From the NCBI GenBank assembly GCA_027069855.1, contig JALXEF010000069.1, positions 1 through 63,483 on the forward strand: a stretch of DNA of 63,483 bases. Reading direction: 5' to 3'. The DNA is from a candidate division WOR-3 bacterium (GTDB lineage: Bacteria; Hydrothermota; Hydrothermia; WGAB01). A program made the position numbers and the translations under genes. The notes below the pieces were generated by a model. That model had not been told where the DNA came from and searched no databases. It saw only the letters and a program-made list of their open reading frames with translations. Within the stretch, counting starts at the first letter, position 1; each line of letters opens with the position of its first letter. Shown in pieces: positions 8,090 through 17,926 of the stretch.

Positions 8090-9267
8090 CCCTGCCCCTT
8101 TTGCCCTTTCGGGCTCTGCTTCCCTCGCTCCAGCACTTTGAGCCCCGACAGGTGCTCCTGCGGATGGAGCACTTCTACCCCACCCTGAAGGAGCGCCAAA
8201 CCCGGGACGGCTGGGGCACCCTGATCCTCCAGTTTGTGGAGGAGGCCGAGGCCCGGGGCGCCTCATCCACGCTCCAGCGCTGGCTCCAGCAGGGCCTGCT
8301 CCAATCCGACTCCCGGCCCTCCTTTTACCTGCACGAGCACACCTTTGAACTCTTCGGCCACACCTACACGCGCCGGGGCCTATTGGCCCTTTACCGGCTG
8401 GGGCTGGACCTTCTGTATCCCCACGAAGACACCTTCCCCGAGGGTGTCCGGTTCCACCTCCATCTCCTGGAAACTACACGCCTGCAATTTGCCCCGGTGA
8501 TGGTGATCTACCCGGGCGATCCCTATCGGCCGGAAGACCTGAAGGCCGAGGGGCCGCCGGTATTTGAGGGCACCGATGCCTTCGGCCATCGGCACCGGTA
8601 TGTTCGGGTACAGGTTCCCGAGCATCGGCTTCAGGCCGTGTCCCTCGCGGAAATGGTGCTTGCCGACGGCCACCATCGGGTGGAGGCCGCCGTGGCCTAT
8701 GCCCGAACCCATGGCTTTCCCTATCTCCTGATTGAACTCATCCCCTACGGCGACCCGGCCCTGTTTGTGCTGCCCACCCACCGGGTGGTGTACGGAGTGG
8801 ACTTTGAGGCGCTGCGCAGGCGATGCCGGGCCTGCTTTGAGGTGGTACGGTTGCCCGAGGAGAAGGTCTCACCCCGGGCCATCCTGCTTCGGGAACTCAG
8901 GCAATCGCTGGTGCTGGTGCTGCCCTCGGGCACCTTCCTGCTGAAGCCCTTGGAGGCTCTGGACCTGCATATGGTCCACCTGCCCAAGGAGTTCCGACGG
9001 CTCCCGGTATACCTGCTCCACGACTTCCTCCTGCGGGAGCTTGCGCCCCGGGAGGTCGCCTATGTGCGCGAAGTGCGGGAGGTGTATCGGCGGGTGCGGG
9101 AGGGCGAGGCCGATGCCGGCTTCATCCTGCCGGCCATGGCTCCGGAAACCATCGCCCGCGTGGCCTGGAAGGGCCTGAAGCTGCCCCAGAAATCCACCGA
9201 CTTTTACCCCAAACTGGTGGCCGGCCCGGTGCTCTTTGCCATGGAACCGGGACGGGTGGGTTCATGA
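8086..9267 (+). CDS. DUF1015 family protein
   Basis: 393 aa with an ADGHHR motif and a length typical of DUF1015. It overlaps serA by 4 nt. Confidence 0.7.
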   Translation: MTLPLLPFRALLPSLQHFEPRQVLLRMEHFYPTLKERQTRDGWGTLILQFVEEAEARGASSTLQRWLQQGLLQSDSRPSFYLHEHTFELFGHTYTRRGLLALYRLGLDLLYPHEDTFPEGVRFHLHLLETTRLQFAPVMVIYPGDPYRPEDLKAEGPPVFEGTDAFGHRHRYVRVQVPEHRLQAVSLAEMVLADGHHRVEAAVAYARTHGFPYLLIELIPYGDPALFVLPTHRVVYGVDFEALRRRCRACFEVVRLPEEKVSPRAILLRELRQSLVLVLPSGTFLLKPLEALDLHMVHLPKEFRRLPVYLLHDFLLRELAPREVAYVREVREVYRRVREGEADAGFILPAMAPETIARVAWKGLKLPQKSTDFYPKLVAGPVLFAMEPGRVGS

Positions 9268-9271
9268 AAAA

Positions 9272-9297
9272 CCGGGCCCGGCTTCCGCCGGGCCCGG
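9272..9297 (-). terminator. Rho-independent terminator after the S8 protease gene (possibly bidirectional)
   Basis: Hairpin CCGGGCCCGGC-ttcc-GCCGGGCCCGG, followed on the minus strand by TTTTT. Confidence 0.6.
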
Positions 9298-9324
9298 TTA
9301 CAGTTCACAACGTCAAAAACAGGC

Positions 9325-11949
9325 TTACCGAAGCACCACGACCCGGAAGACCTCTCGAACTCCGGCCTTCCGATCCTGAAGTTCCACGAAGTACACCCCT
9401 CCGTGGAGGGTGGCCACCGGCAAACGCAGTTCGTGGTTCCCCTGGCTCAAGGCATAGCGGTGCACCGATCCCACCCGGCGTCCGGCGACGTCCAGGAGCC
9501 GCACCCGCACATCCGAAGGGACACCCAGTGAGGCCCGAAGCACGATCTGATCCCGAACAACAGGGGTCAACAGGGCAAACCGGGGGCGCGGGGTCGGGAC
9601 CTGCACGGCTTCTTCCACGCCTACCGGAACCCCCATCCACCAGAGGATCCGGCCCAGGACCGTTTCTCGGGAATTGAAACCGCTCACATCGCCATTGATG
9701 GCCTCAAAGGGGAACCCCAGGAAGGCCACCTTGTAGGAACCCTGGTAGCGGACAGCCGCGGCGCCCCCTGCGCTCTGGTACTCCAGGAAGGCGATGCCGC
9801 CGTTGGTCGGCTGAAGCACGTCCGGTGAGGTGGCGTTGTTGGCGCCGCCCGGGCCGAAGACCACCAGCCGAAGGCTGTCTCCCACCACATCACCGGCTAC
9901 CCCGTTAATGAAATAATCGCCGGAGTTGCCGTTGACGAGCTCTGCGTGGAGATAATTGGCAAGGAACCCGGAGCCACTCAGGGCTTCGGCTGCGTTCTGG
10001 CTGGAGAACAGAAGGGCTTTCCCCGCATCCAGGGTGGCCATCAGCCGGTCTTGCTCTTCGGAGGAGAGGGGATCCGTTTCATCGCCCGTAAACCAGAGGG
10101 TTACCTGGTGCTCCCGAAGCCCGTAGATCCCTTCCAGAGGAGGCACACCTTGCTCGGCTACATTCCAGTAATCGTAGGCGACATGGAGAGAATCGAGGGC
10201 TGTGAGATAGTAGCTTTCGTAGTCACTCCCTCCGTCATCGTCCACCAGCAGCACATAGGGCTGCGACACCATAAAGGCATAGGTTTCGGTGGGGCGAACC
10301 GCTGCAGGGGTGCTGTGGTACACAAACTCCAGGACCCCAATATGGGGTGTGGTATCCTGGACCACGAACACCAACGGGTCACCGGTATTGTTTGCAGTCT
10401 CGCCCGGATTCACAGTTCCGATGACCGCGATGGAATCCAAGACCTGGAGACTGGGATCCAGGGATCGCATCGTCACTTGCAGGTTGGTAGCAGGTTGCCA
10501 GCCAGTCGAGTCGACAACGGTGAGGGTCACGGAGACCGTCTCCCCGGGATCAGGACGTCCGTCAGCATCCCCATCGTCATCAAAGGCCACAGACACCAGC
10601 CGGACCATGGCGTACTCTTGGACAGCCAGGGTCCGAACGGCCCGAAACGCATTGATCCTACCGGCCCCCAGGAGCCCACCGTTGTAATAGGAATCATCGG
10701 TCAGGGGATCGGCCGTGTTCTGCATAAGCAACTTTACGGAATCGGGAGGAAGATCGGGGTCGAGGCTCCGGATCAGGCCTACCAGACCCGTCACATGGGG
10801 AGCGGCCATCGAGGTCCCGTAAAAGGAATTGTAGGTGTTATCGGGGGTGGTGCTCAGGATGGCGTCGCCGGGAGCCGCGATGTCAATCCAGGTGCCGTAA
10901 TTCGAGTAATCCGACTTGTGATCGCTCTGGTCGGTGGCGGCCACGGCGATCACGAGGTCGTGGGCCGCAGGATACATAGGTGTCGAGGTATTGTCATTGC
11001 CAGCCGCGCCCACCAGGACCACACCACGCGCATGAGCGTACTGGAACGCCGAATTCAGGGAGGAAGTCCAGCCCCCCCAGCTCATGTTGAAGGCGTCGGC
11101 CCCCATGTTGGCGGCGTAGTACACAGACTGAACCGAATTGGAAAGCCAGTAGGAACGCAGCCCCAAAATCTTGCAACGGAACCCAAGGCCGGCAATCCCT
11201 ACACCGTTGTCTGTCGCCGCGCTGGCGATGCCAGCCACGTGGGTGCCGTGTTCGTAATCCGGACCGTTATGAGCAGGGCTGGGATCGTTGTTGTTCTCGT
11301 AAAAATCCCATCCCACGAAGTCATCAACGCGCCCGTTGCCGTCGTCGTCCACACCGTTGACATCACCGGGATCAAAGACCCAGGCGGTGCCGTTGTACTC
11401 TAAAACATGGCCGTCGCCATCGGCGTCTTCCCCCAAATTCTGGTACATGTTCCCGACCAGATCTTCGTGGTCCCAGTCAACCCCAGTGTCGTCAATCGCG
11501 AGGATCACGGTATCGCTTCCCGGAGTAATATCCCAGGCCTCGGGGGCCATTACCCGGAACAGGGCCCACTGCAAGGTAAAGGAGGGGTCGTTGGGGGAAT
11601 AGAAAAAGTCTTTGGTGCGATCGGGCTCGGCGGTCTGCACCAGAGGGTCCTTCCGAAGGGCCTCGATCAGCCGGAAGACGTCCTTTTGGGGATTGAAGTG
11701 CAGGAGATAGAGGAGATCCAGCCCGTAATCCCGGGCCTCCTGGGGCATGTGGGGGTCCACGATCAGCCGATCCAGTGATTGGACCTCATATTCCTCAAAC
11801 AGAGGTTCCAGAGAGGGGACAGGAACGGTCTGTCGGGTGTAGTGATCCTGGGTGAGGTACGCCCGGGCTTCCGGTTTGAACTGCACGATGACATACCCGG
11901 GCCGCAGTGACGAGGAGACGAGCATGCCCAGTACCAACCAAAGCTCCAT
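9325..11949 (-). CDS. Secreted subtilisin-like S8 serine protease with T9SS-type C-terminal sorting domain
   Basis: Catalytic triad contexts AIDDTGVD, HGTHVAG and GTSMAAPHVTG. Signal peptide and AAGGAG SD are present. C-terminus is GGVYFVELQDRKAGVREVFRVVVLR. Confidence 0.9.
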   Translation of the reverse strand: MELWLVLGMLVSSSLRPGYVIVQFKPEARAYLTQDHYTRQTVPVPSLEPLFEEYEVQSLDRLIVDPHMPQEARDYGLDLLYLLHFNPQKDVFRLIEALRKDPLVQTAEPDRTKDFFYSPNDPSFTLQWALFRVMAPEAWDITPGSDTVILAIDDTGVDWDHEDLVGNMYQNLGEDADGDGHVLEYNGTAWVFDPGDVNGVDDDGNGRVDDFVGWDFYENNNDPSPAHNGPDYEHGTHVAGIASAATDNGVGIAGLGFRCKILGLRSYWLSNSVQSVYYAANMGADAFNMSWGGWTSSLNSAFQYAHARGVVLVGAAGNDNTSTPMYPAAHDLVIAVAATDQSDHKSDYSNYGTWIDIAAPGDAILSTTPDNTYNSFYGTSMAAPHVTGLVGLIRSLDPDLPPDSVKLLMQNTADPLTDDSYYNGGLLGAGRINAFRAVRTLAVQEYAMVRLVSVAFDDDGDADGRPDPGETVSVTLTVVDSTGWQPATNLQVTMRSLDPSLQVLDSIAVIGTVNPGETANNTGDPLVFVVQDTTPHIGVLEFVYHSTPAAVRPTETYAFMVSQPYVLLVDDDGGSDYESYYLTALDSLHVAYDYWNVAEQGVPPLEGIYGLREHQVTLWFTGDETDPLSSEEQDRLMATLDAGKALLFSSQNAAEALSGSGFLANYLHAELVNGNSGDYFINGVAGDVVGDSLRLVVFGPGGANNATSPDVLQPTNGGIAFLEYQSAGGAAAVRYQGSYKVAFLGFPFEAINGDVSGFNSRETVLGRILWWMGVPVGVEEAVQVPTPRPRFALLTPVVRDQIVLRASLGVPSDVRVRLLDVAGRRVGSVHRYALSQGNHELRLPVATLHGGVYFVELQDRKAGVREVFRVVVLR

Positions 11950-12039
11950 CGTTGAAACTCCTTGTGGTTTAAGTGTGCCGTTCTATCTTACGGCATTCCC
12001 CTCCCCTCACCCAACACGAGCCTGTAGCCCCAAAAGAAC

Positions 12040-12066
12040 GGGGCGGCACCTGGAGAGTGCCGCCCC
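12040..12066 (-). terminator. Rho-independent terminator after the BNR protein gene
   Basis: GGGGCGGCAC-7 nt-GTGCCGCCCC, followed on the minus strand by GTTCTTTTGG. Confidence 0.5.
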
Positions 12067-12092
12067 GCGTTGTAGGCACAGGAAGGTAGCGG

Positions 12093-13694
12093 TTACCGCA
12101 GCACCACCACCTTGGCCGTAGCGTTCCCGTGGGAAGAACGAAGGGTCACCAGGTACACGCCCTCGGCCACGTTCGGGATCCGCACCTGGTGGTCACCCGC
12201 AGAGGTGAGACCCCGGAACAGGGTGGCTACCCGACGCCCGGTGGCGTCGTAGAGCGTGACCTCGGCGTAGCCCGGCTGCGGCAGAGTGAACACGAGACGA
12301 CCATTCCGCAGCGGGTTGCTCACACGAAGCGCCACCTCGGTCTCAGGCTGGGTACCCTCCTCGGCCACGCCCACGGTGTAGGGACCAAAGTGGAGCGCAT
12401 ACACAGGGTTCGCGTTGTCGGTATAGGCACCGTGGAACATGTAACCATCCGCCGTAGTCTCGATGTACACCGGAAGCTCAAAGGCCTCTTCTTCCAACTC
12501 GTCCACTTCACCAACAGCGCCCTGGTCCTCCCAGGTTGCCCCGTTGTCCAAAGAGGTAAGAAGACCTATATGAGGGAGGGTGTCTGCGCCACTGATAAAG
12601 AAGGCTTTATAGGTAACAAAGAGGGCACCGTCATCCGCGATCCCGATGGTGGGCTGGGTAGCCACAGGGGTACCGTCACCTTCGCCGACGAGGAGGGTCC
12701 GGGACCAGGACCCGTTCTGACGGGTGAAGTACCAGACATCACCGTACTCCAGGTTCCCGGCACCGAACTTCCACACGATGTGCGGGGTATTGTTGGCGCC
12801 CAGCACCCAGTCGTACACGTACCACCAACCGCCAGCCGTGTCATAGGGAGGACCACCGGTTTCATCCCACAGGTTCACCGGTTCGCTCCAGGTCATCCCG
12901 CCGTCGTTGGACTCCACATAGAACGGCGTAATCGCATCCCAACCGTAGTCCACATAATAGTCCGTAATCGCACCCACATAACCGTTTTCACCAATCCGAG
13001 GGATCGGCGTATCGTTCCAGCCACCGGTAACCGCTTCCGTCAGCAGGGTATCGGCAAACCAGCTGTTTCCACCGTCAAAGGAAACCCAGTAAAACGAACG
13101 ACCGAACCAAATGTTGACCGCAAACACCACAATGGTGTCACCCGACGCATCCGCCGAGGGCAACCAGCAGTCCCAATCCTGAGAGTAGGGCAGCTCAACC
13201 ACATTGAACAGGCCGGAAGGCCACAGGAGGTCCCAGGCCACCTTTACCACGCTCGGCTGATAGGCTCCGCCCACATTCGCGGCCTCGTGCCAGAAGAACA
13301 GCGGCCCGGAATGCGCCCAGTTCTTGGGCCAGATCACACCGGGATAGATCCGCCGTACCGAGTTCGTGCTCAGGTCGTACAACTGCCAGGTCTGACCACC
13401 GTCAAAGGAATAGGCAGCCTTCACATTCAGAAAGATGTTCGCAGCATCACCCGAGGGCTCGCCGAAGATCACCACCACGGTGTCGCCCTTGATGGCCGTG
13501 TTCTTCCCCGGCGATCCGAGGAAAGCCCGGATGTCCGGAATCTGTCCGATGGTATCCGTGGGTACCAGCCGCGAACCGGTAGCCTCCCAGGACCCCTCCG
13601 CTTTGCCCAGGGCCCGTTGGGTCTGGTAGTTGGCGGCAGCCGCCAACCCCACCATGAGGACCATAAGCCCCACTACACTTACGACACGCTTCAT
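12093..13694 (-). CDS. Secreted BNR/Asp-box repeat (sialidase-like beta-propeller) protein with T9SS-type CTD
   Basis: Four Asp-boxes: SFDGGQTW, SFDGGNSW, SNDGGMTW, SLDNGATW. ATG 13694 follows AAAGGAGG. Signal peptide MKRVVSVVGLMVLMVGLAAA. C-terminus is GVYLVTLRSSHGNATAKVVVLR. Confidence 0.8.
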   Translation of the reverse strand: MKRVVSVVGLMVLMVGLAAAANYQTQRALGKAEGSWEATGSRLVPTDTIGQIPDIRAFLGSPGKNTAIKGDTVVVIFGEPSGDAANIFLNVKAAYSFDGGQTWQLYDLSTNSVRRIYPGVIWPKNWAHSGPLFFWHEAANVGGAYQPSVVKVAWDLLWPSGLFNVVELPYSQDWDCWLPSADASGDTIVVFAVNIWFGRSFYWVSFDGGNSWFADTLLTEAVTGGWNDTPIPRIGENGYVGAITDYYVDYGWDAITPFYVESNDGGMTWSEPVNLWDETGGPPYDTAGGWWYVYDWVLGANNTPHIVWKFGAGNLEYGDVWYFTRQNGSWSRTLLVGEGDGTPVATQPTIGIADDGALFVTYKAFFISGADTLPHIGLLTSLDNGATWEDQGAVGEVDELEEEAFELPVYIETTADGYMFHGAYTDNANPVYALHFGPYTVGVAEEGTQPETEVALRVSNPLRNGRLVFTLPQPGYAEVTLYDATGRRVATLFRGLTSAGDHQVRIPNVAEGVYLVTLRSSHGNATAKVVVLR

Positions 13695-13756
13695 GTTGAA
13701 CCTCCTTTTGTGCTGTTTCAACCTCCACCCCTTGCGGGGTATTTTCAAGATTTAGT

Positions 13757-14677
13757 TTAGCCCCCGTTCAGCAGGTTTTCAAGTTCCTGCAAAATCAGGG
13801 GGTAGTTATCGGGATCATAGGGATTTCCGTCAAAGGTCCAGTCTGGATCCACAATCTTGAGTTCCCGTACACAGTTTTCCATCAGATTCATCCGGAAATA
13901 GGCCTGGGCGAGCAGGAGGCGGACCGCCCGCTCGTCCATGTTCGGATAGTGGGCAAAGGGCTCAGCAATGCCATGGTGAAGTGCAGCATTGCCATAAACC
14001 ACCGTGTTCATCAGGTTCTTGCCCTCCACGTCCAGGGTGGCCACCGCGTTTCCAACATGGGCAAAGAGATTCACCCACTCCTGATCGCCATAATTACCTT
14101 CGCCGTAGTACACGTAGTAATTCAGGAACAGGGTGTCGGCCAAGAAGAGGGTGTGGGTGAGGGTATCCTCCAGGAGTTTGGCCTCCAGCACGAAGGTAGA
14201 ATCGTCAAAGGCGTAAAGGGGCTGTTCGGTGTAGCGGATCGAAGCCGAGGCCAACCCCAGGAGGGGCTGCTGAAGCGGCTTGACCCGGGTAAGGGTGTCG
14301 CCGGTGTACGGATCCTCAAACACCTCGTACCGATCCGTATCGGTGGGGGCGATGGTCTCGTTAAACACCGGCATAATCATGGAGCCTCCGCTCAGAATGA
14401 TGGCGAAGGAGAACCCAGACTGTGCCTTAGTGAGTTGGTCAGTTTCCACCGCCGCCCAACCGTACCCCAGATGAGCTTCTGCCAGGGTGTTGTCCAGGCG
14501 GATCACCGAATCAAAAAGCGCAAAGGCTTCATCGAAGTTCATGTTGTCATAGGAATCCCAAGCCTGCTGCAGGACTTCCTGGGGCTCCGGCACAGGGGGG
14601 ATCGGCCCTCCCTTTTCTACACCGCATCCCAGGACAAAGGGGAACACCAACAATGCGGACAGAAAGATCTTTTTCAT
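13757..14677 (-). CDS. TPR-like lipoprotein
   Basis: ATG 14677 follows GGAGG. Lipobox MKKIFLSALLVFPFVLGC. The helical-repeat-like N-terminus reads AFALFDSVIRLDNTLAEAHLGYGWA. Confidence 0.6.
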   Translation of the reverse strand: MKKIFLSALLVFPFVLGCGVEKGGPIPPVPEPQEVLQQAWDSYDNMNFDEAFALFDSVIRLDNTLAEAHLGYGWAAVETDQLTKAQSGFSFAIILSGGSMIMPVFNETIAPTDTDRYEVFEDPYTGDTLTRVKPLQQPLLGLASASIRYTEQPLYAFDDSTFVLEAKLLEDTLTHTLFLADTLFLNYYVYYGEGNYGDQEWVNLFAHVGNAVATLDVEGKNLMNTVVYGNAALHHGIAEPFAHYPNMDERAVRLLLAQAYFRMNLMENCVRELKIVDPDWTFDGNPYDPDNYPLILQELENLLNGG

Positions 14678-14691
14678 GGTCTTGACCTCCC

Positions 14692-17600
14692 TCACCGAAG
14701 CACAATCAACTTATGGGAAGACCGATAGTTTCCGGCTTCCACGTTCAAGAAGTACACACCTGAAGCAACCTTGGGCTGCCACCGGAAGGTGTAGGTACCG
14801 GGAGCATAGGCACCCTGAGCCACAGTGGCGACCCGTGCTCCCGAAACATCGTAGATCCCTGCCTTGAGGGTAGCTCCTTCGGGGAGCACCACCGAAAACC
14901 GAAGGCCGGTACCCATGCGGACAATTGTGCCGTTCTCCAGGAGAACAGCAAAGCGCAGAACTTCGGAGGAACCGGAGCGAACTTGGAACAGCCCCAGGCG
15001 ATCGGTGGTGATCCCATAGGTATGGGTGTTGGGATCGTACCAGGTGGGCACCGGCGTCCAGGTTGTGCCATCAAAGCGGTAGATCGACTTCTGGGCCGAT
15101 CCCTCTGACACCCGGAACCGCAGGGTTACCGGTTTTGCCAGAGGAATTGAGGGGGATCCCACCACATAGACGGGGGAAGCACCCTCCTCCACACCCGGTA
15201 CCTGTCCGACCAACACCTCCGGACGGACCCGATCAATGACCAGGGTACGGGAGGTACTCAGGGCACCGGCAGGGATTTCTATCTCCACAGAACCACCGAG
15301 GGCCAGGTAGTGGCTTCCTTCACGGTCAACGGTCTGGATGCTCAGCGTATCCGGAGGCACTGTCGCAGCATTCCCCGAGCGATCCTGAGCCCACACCTCC
15401 ACGGCCACATCGCCTCGTAGGGCGGTGTTGACCACGGCACTGTAGAGGAACATCGAGTCGCCCTGGGCCACCTTGGTAGCCAGGTAACTTTCCTGAACAC
15501 CATCAGAAAGGGACGTCAGGTACAAGGTAGGTTGCTCTGCAGTAACATCTGTATAGAGGGGATAGAAGTCACTACCCACCTTGTCGTAACCCGCCAGATA
15601 GAGGTTCAAGATCCAGTGATGGCCAGGATTTGGAAGGGTATACACCCCAACGATGGTGGGCGGCGTTGCATCTTCGGATACATAGTAGCGGTAGGTCTTA
15701 GAGGTATTCAGACTCAGAACCATGAAATTGTAGGAAATCGTTTGCTGGGAGCCGTCCAGCAACTTCTGAAACCGGGCCAGGCTGTCCAAAGGCACGTACT
15801 CCGCCATCGTATCTCCATAAACCAGCCAGGTGGACAGGAAGCGAGCAGCATCGTCCTGGCCATTGAATTGAAGGAAAACCGTATCGGAGGCAGTGCCCCG
15901 CCAAAAGGCTACACCAGCGGGTGAAAGAACCTGAACCGAACGGGTCTCCGTAGGAGAAGGAACCAAGGAAATCGCATCGGATCCCACAGTAACATCAAGG
16001 TTTTGATAAGTCCCTGTAAGATTAGCTAAGTGCCAATGAGCCACAAAGCTCCAAAGAGAGTCTGAATCTCCGCTGTACTCACGAATCACATGATCCAGAG
16101 AGCTATACCCTTGATCACGGAGGTCATGAGCAACTCCTTGAACCACGGCGTCATCTCCGTATTGCTCCGAAAGATACTCCATAAAGAGGAACATACGTTC
16201 CCGGTCAATCTCGCGTGCAACGGGGGAATTCAACCACTGGTGCGTGTAGTCCAAGAGAGGCACGTTCAGTTTGGCTTTGTCATTCAAATAATCGTACCCA
16301 TCTGCAATACCTTGGGCGATGTCAAATCCGTTCTTGAATGCACACCACATTGCAACACCTGTATTAATTGCCGGGCTCTCATTGGGGTCAATAGACCACA
16401 GTGCGTAGCGCCCCATCAGATATGCTAAGAAAGCTTTCAGCCGGTCAGTGGCATTCTCACCAAAGGAGGTAAACTGAGGGAGGTTAATAACAAACAACTC
16501 CTTCTTGGACGAGGTAGGACTAAAGAGATCCTCATCTGCTGGATCGAAATACCCATAAACCGGAGTTACTGTTGGATCCTCTGCATTGGTAGTCTGTACG
16601 AGTTTGGTGAGCACGATGAAGAGCTTTTCGCCATCTACATCTACAAGATCGCTCGGTTCCAACTCCAAAGTTTGTAGCACATATTCATAGGTGGAAATCC
16701 CTTCTCCAAGAGGATCCTCGAAGGCCTCAAGTACCCGCTGAACCCCAGCGTCGGACATCAATCCCCCAATGCCATCGGAGACATTGATCCACTTCCCCTG
16801 GGTGTCGTCGTACTTGTAAATACCCACATCCGTGCCGAGGAACAAAGTACCGTCTGCGTGTTGATACAAAGCGTGTCCATTCTTACTTCCCAGAGCCGCC
16901 AAGATATCCAAACCTGCAGAGAAGTCCTGCCAGGTAACACCGTTATCGGAGGTTTTCAGCGCACCATTCCCCTCAACGGCAATCACATAATTATTTTGGT
17001 CAAGAATAAGTACATCTGACACATCAGCGTCGGTGTACTTGGCCTGCCAGGTTGCACCACCATCCGTAGAAACGTACAGCCCAAAAGCACCTGCAACGAA
17101 GATCCTCGCGTTCGTGGAGTCATAAACAATCCGATGGACGCGATCTGAAGGAATGCCGCTAACATGCGTCCACTGGGTTCCCGTTGTCACATAGAGACCC
17201 TGATCGGTCCCGGCGAAAACCTTAGAAGTATCCGTGGGAAGGACTTCTATAGCGTAAACCGGGATATTTTCCAACCCCTGCCCCAAAGGAGTTGTTGCAG
17301 CAGGTTGGTTAACCCCCTGGGTTTCTACACGATACGGACCTTCTTGAGTAGCAGCATAGAGGACAAGACCGGCAAGGAAGTTATCTGAAGTGTAGGGATT
17401 CGCCGAGAGATCATACACAGGCGTGTTTAGAAATGCTTGGGGTTCCCAAGTCCCTGGGTTCAGTGAATTTGCACGGAAAATTCCATCCGTAGTAGAAACA
17501 TAAATTACGAACTGTATCACACCACTTTGATCCGGTACCGAGAAGAAGTCGTAGATGCTCATGTCAGAAATACTATCTACCACAACATCCTGTCCAGAAA

Positions 17601-17910
17601 GACTGGCGTTCGGATTCCACTCGTCTCCGGTTTCGGAAACATAAATGTAATCAGGGGCCTCACCAGGACGTTGGTAGGTACCTGCCCAAATTTCACCTGC
17701 AACAAATCCGATCTTGGAGATGGACACTTGGCCTGAGGCAACAACAAAACAGTGGTCTCCTTCAGCCCGGATCACCCCAACCTGGGGGATGGTGTCACGG
17801 CTCAAGATCAGCAAGAACTTGTTCAGGTAGAAGGAAACCGTGTCTCCCACCTGATACCCAAACAGGGGAAACGCCAAAAGCACTGTTAAAACCCAAGCCT
17901 TAAACCGCAT
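14692..17910 (-). CDS. Large secreted protein with BNR/Asp-box-like motifs and T9SS-type CTD; function unknown
   Basis: 1072 aa with an AAAAGGAGG SD and signal peptide MRFKAWVLTVLLAFPLFG. Motifs STDGGATWQ and TSDNGVTWQ are present and no HEXXH was seen. C-terminus is GVYFLNVEAGNYRSSHKLIVLR. Confidence 0.8.
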   Translation of the reverse strand: MRFKAWVLTVLLAFPLFGYQVGDTVSFYLNKFLLILSRDTIPQVGVIRAEGDHCFVVASGQVSISKIGFVAGEIWAGTYQRPGEAPDYIYVSETGDEWNPNASLSGQDVVVDSISDMSIYDFFSVPDQSGVIQFVIYVSTTDGIFRANSLNPGTWEPQAFLNTPVYDLSANPYTSDNFLAGLVLYAATQEGPYRVETQGVNQPAATTPLGQGLENIPVYAIEVLPTDTSKVFAGTDQGLYVTTGTQWTHVSGIPSDRVHRIVYDSTNARIFVAGAFGLYVSTDGGATWQAKYTDADVSDVLILDQNNYVIAVEGNGALKTSDNGVTWQDFSAGLDILAALGSKNGHALYQHADGTLFLGTDVGIYKYDDTQGKWINVSDGIGGLMSDAGVQRVLEAFEDPLGEGISTYEYVLQTLELEPSDLVDVDGEKLFIVLTKLVQTTNAEDPTVTPVYGYFDPADEDLFSPTSSKKELFVINLPQFTSFGENATDRLKAFLAYLMGRYALWSIDPNESPAINTGVAMWCAFKNGFDIAQGIADGYDYLNDKAKLNVPLLDYTHQWLNSPVAREIDRERMFLFMEYLSEQYGDDAVVQGVAHDLRDQGYSSLDHVIREYSGDSDSLWSFVAHWHLANLTGTYQNLDVTVGSDAISLVPSPTETRSVQVLSPAGVAFWRGTASDTVFLQFNGQDDAARFLSTWLVYGDTMAEYVPLDSLARFQKLLDGSQQTISYNFMVLSLNTSKTYRYYVSEDATPPTIVGVYTLPNPGHHWILNLYLAGYDKVGSDFYPLYTDVTAEQPTLYLTSLSDGVQESYLATKVAQGDSMFLYSAVVNTALRGDVAVEVWAQDRSGNAATVPPDTLSIQTVDREGSHYLALGGSVEIEIPAGALSTSRTLVIDRVRPEVLVGQVPGVEEGASPVYVVGSPSIPLAKPVTLRFRVSEGSAQKSIYRFDGTTWTPVPTWYDPNTHTYGITTDRLGLFQVRSGSSEVLRFAVLLENGTIVRMGTGLRFSVVLPEGATLKAGIYDVSGARVATVAQGAYAPGTYTFRWQPKVASGVYFLNVEAGNYRSSHKLIVLR

Positions 17911-17926
17911 CGTTCACGCCTCCTTT

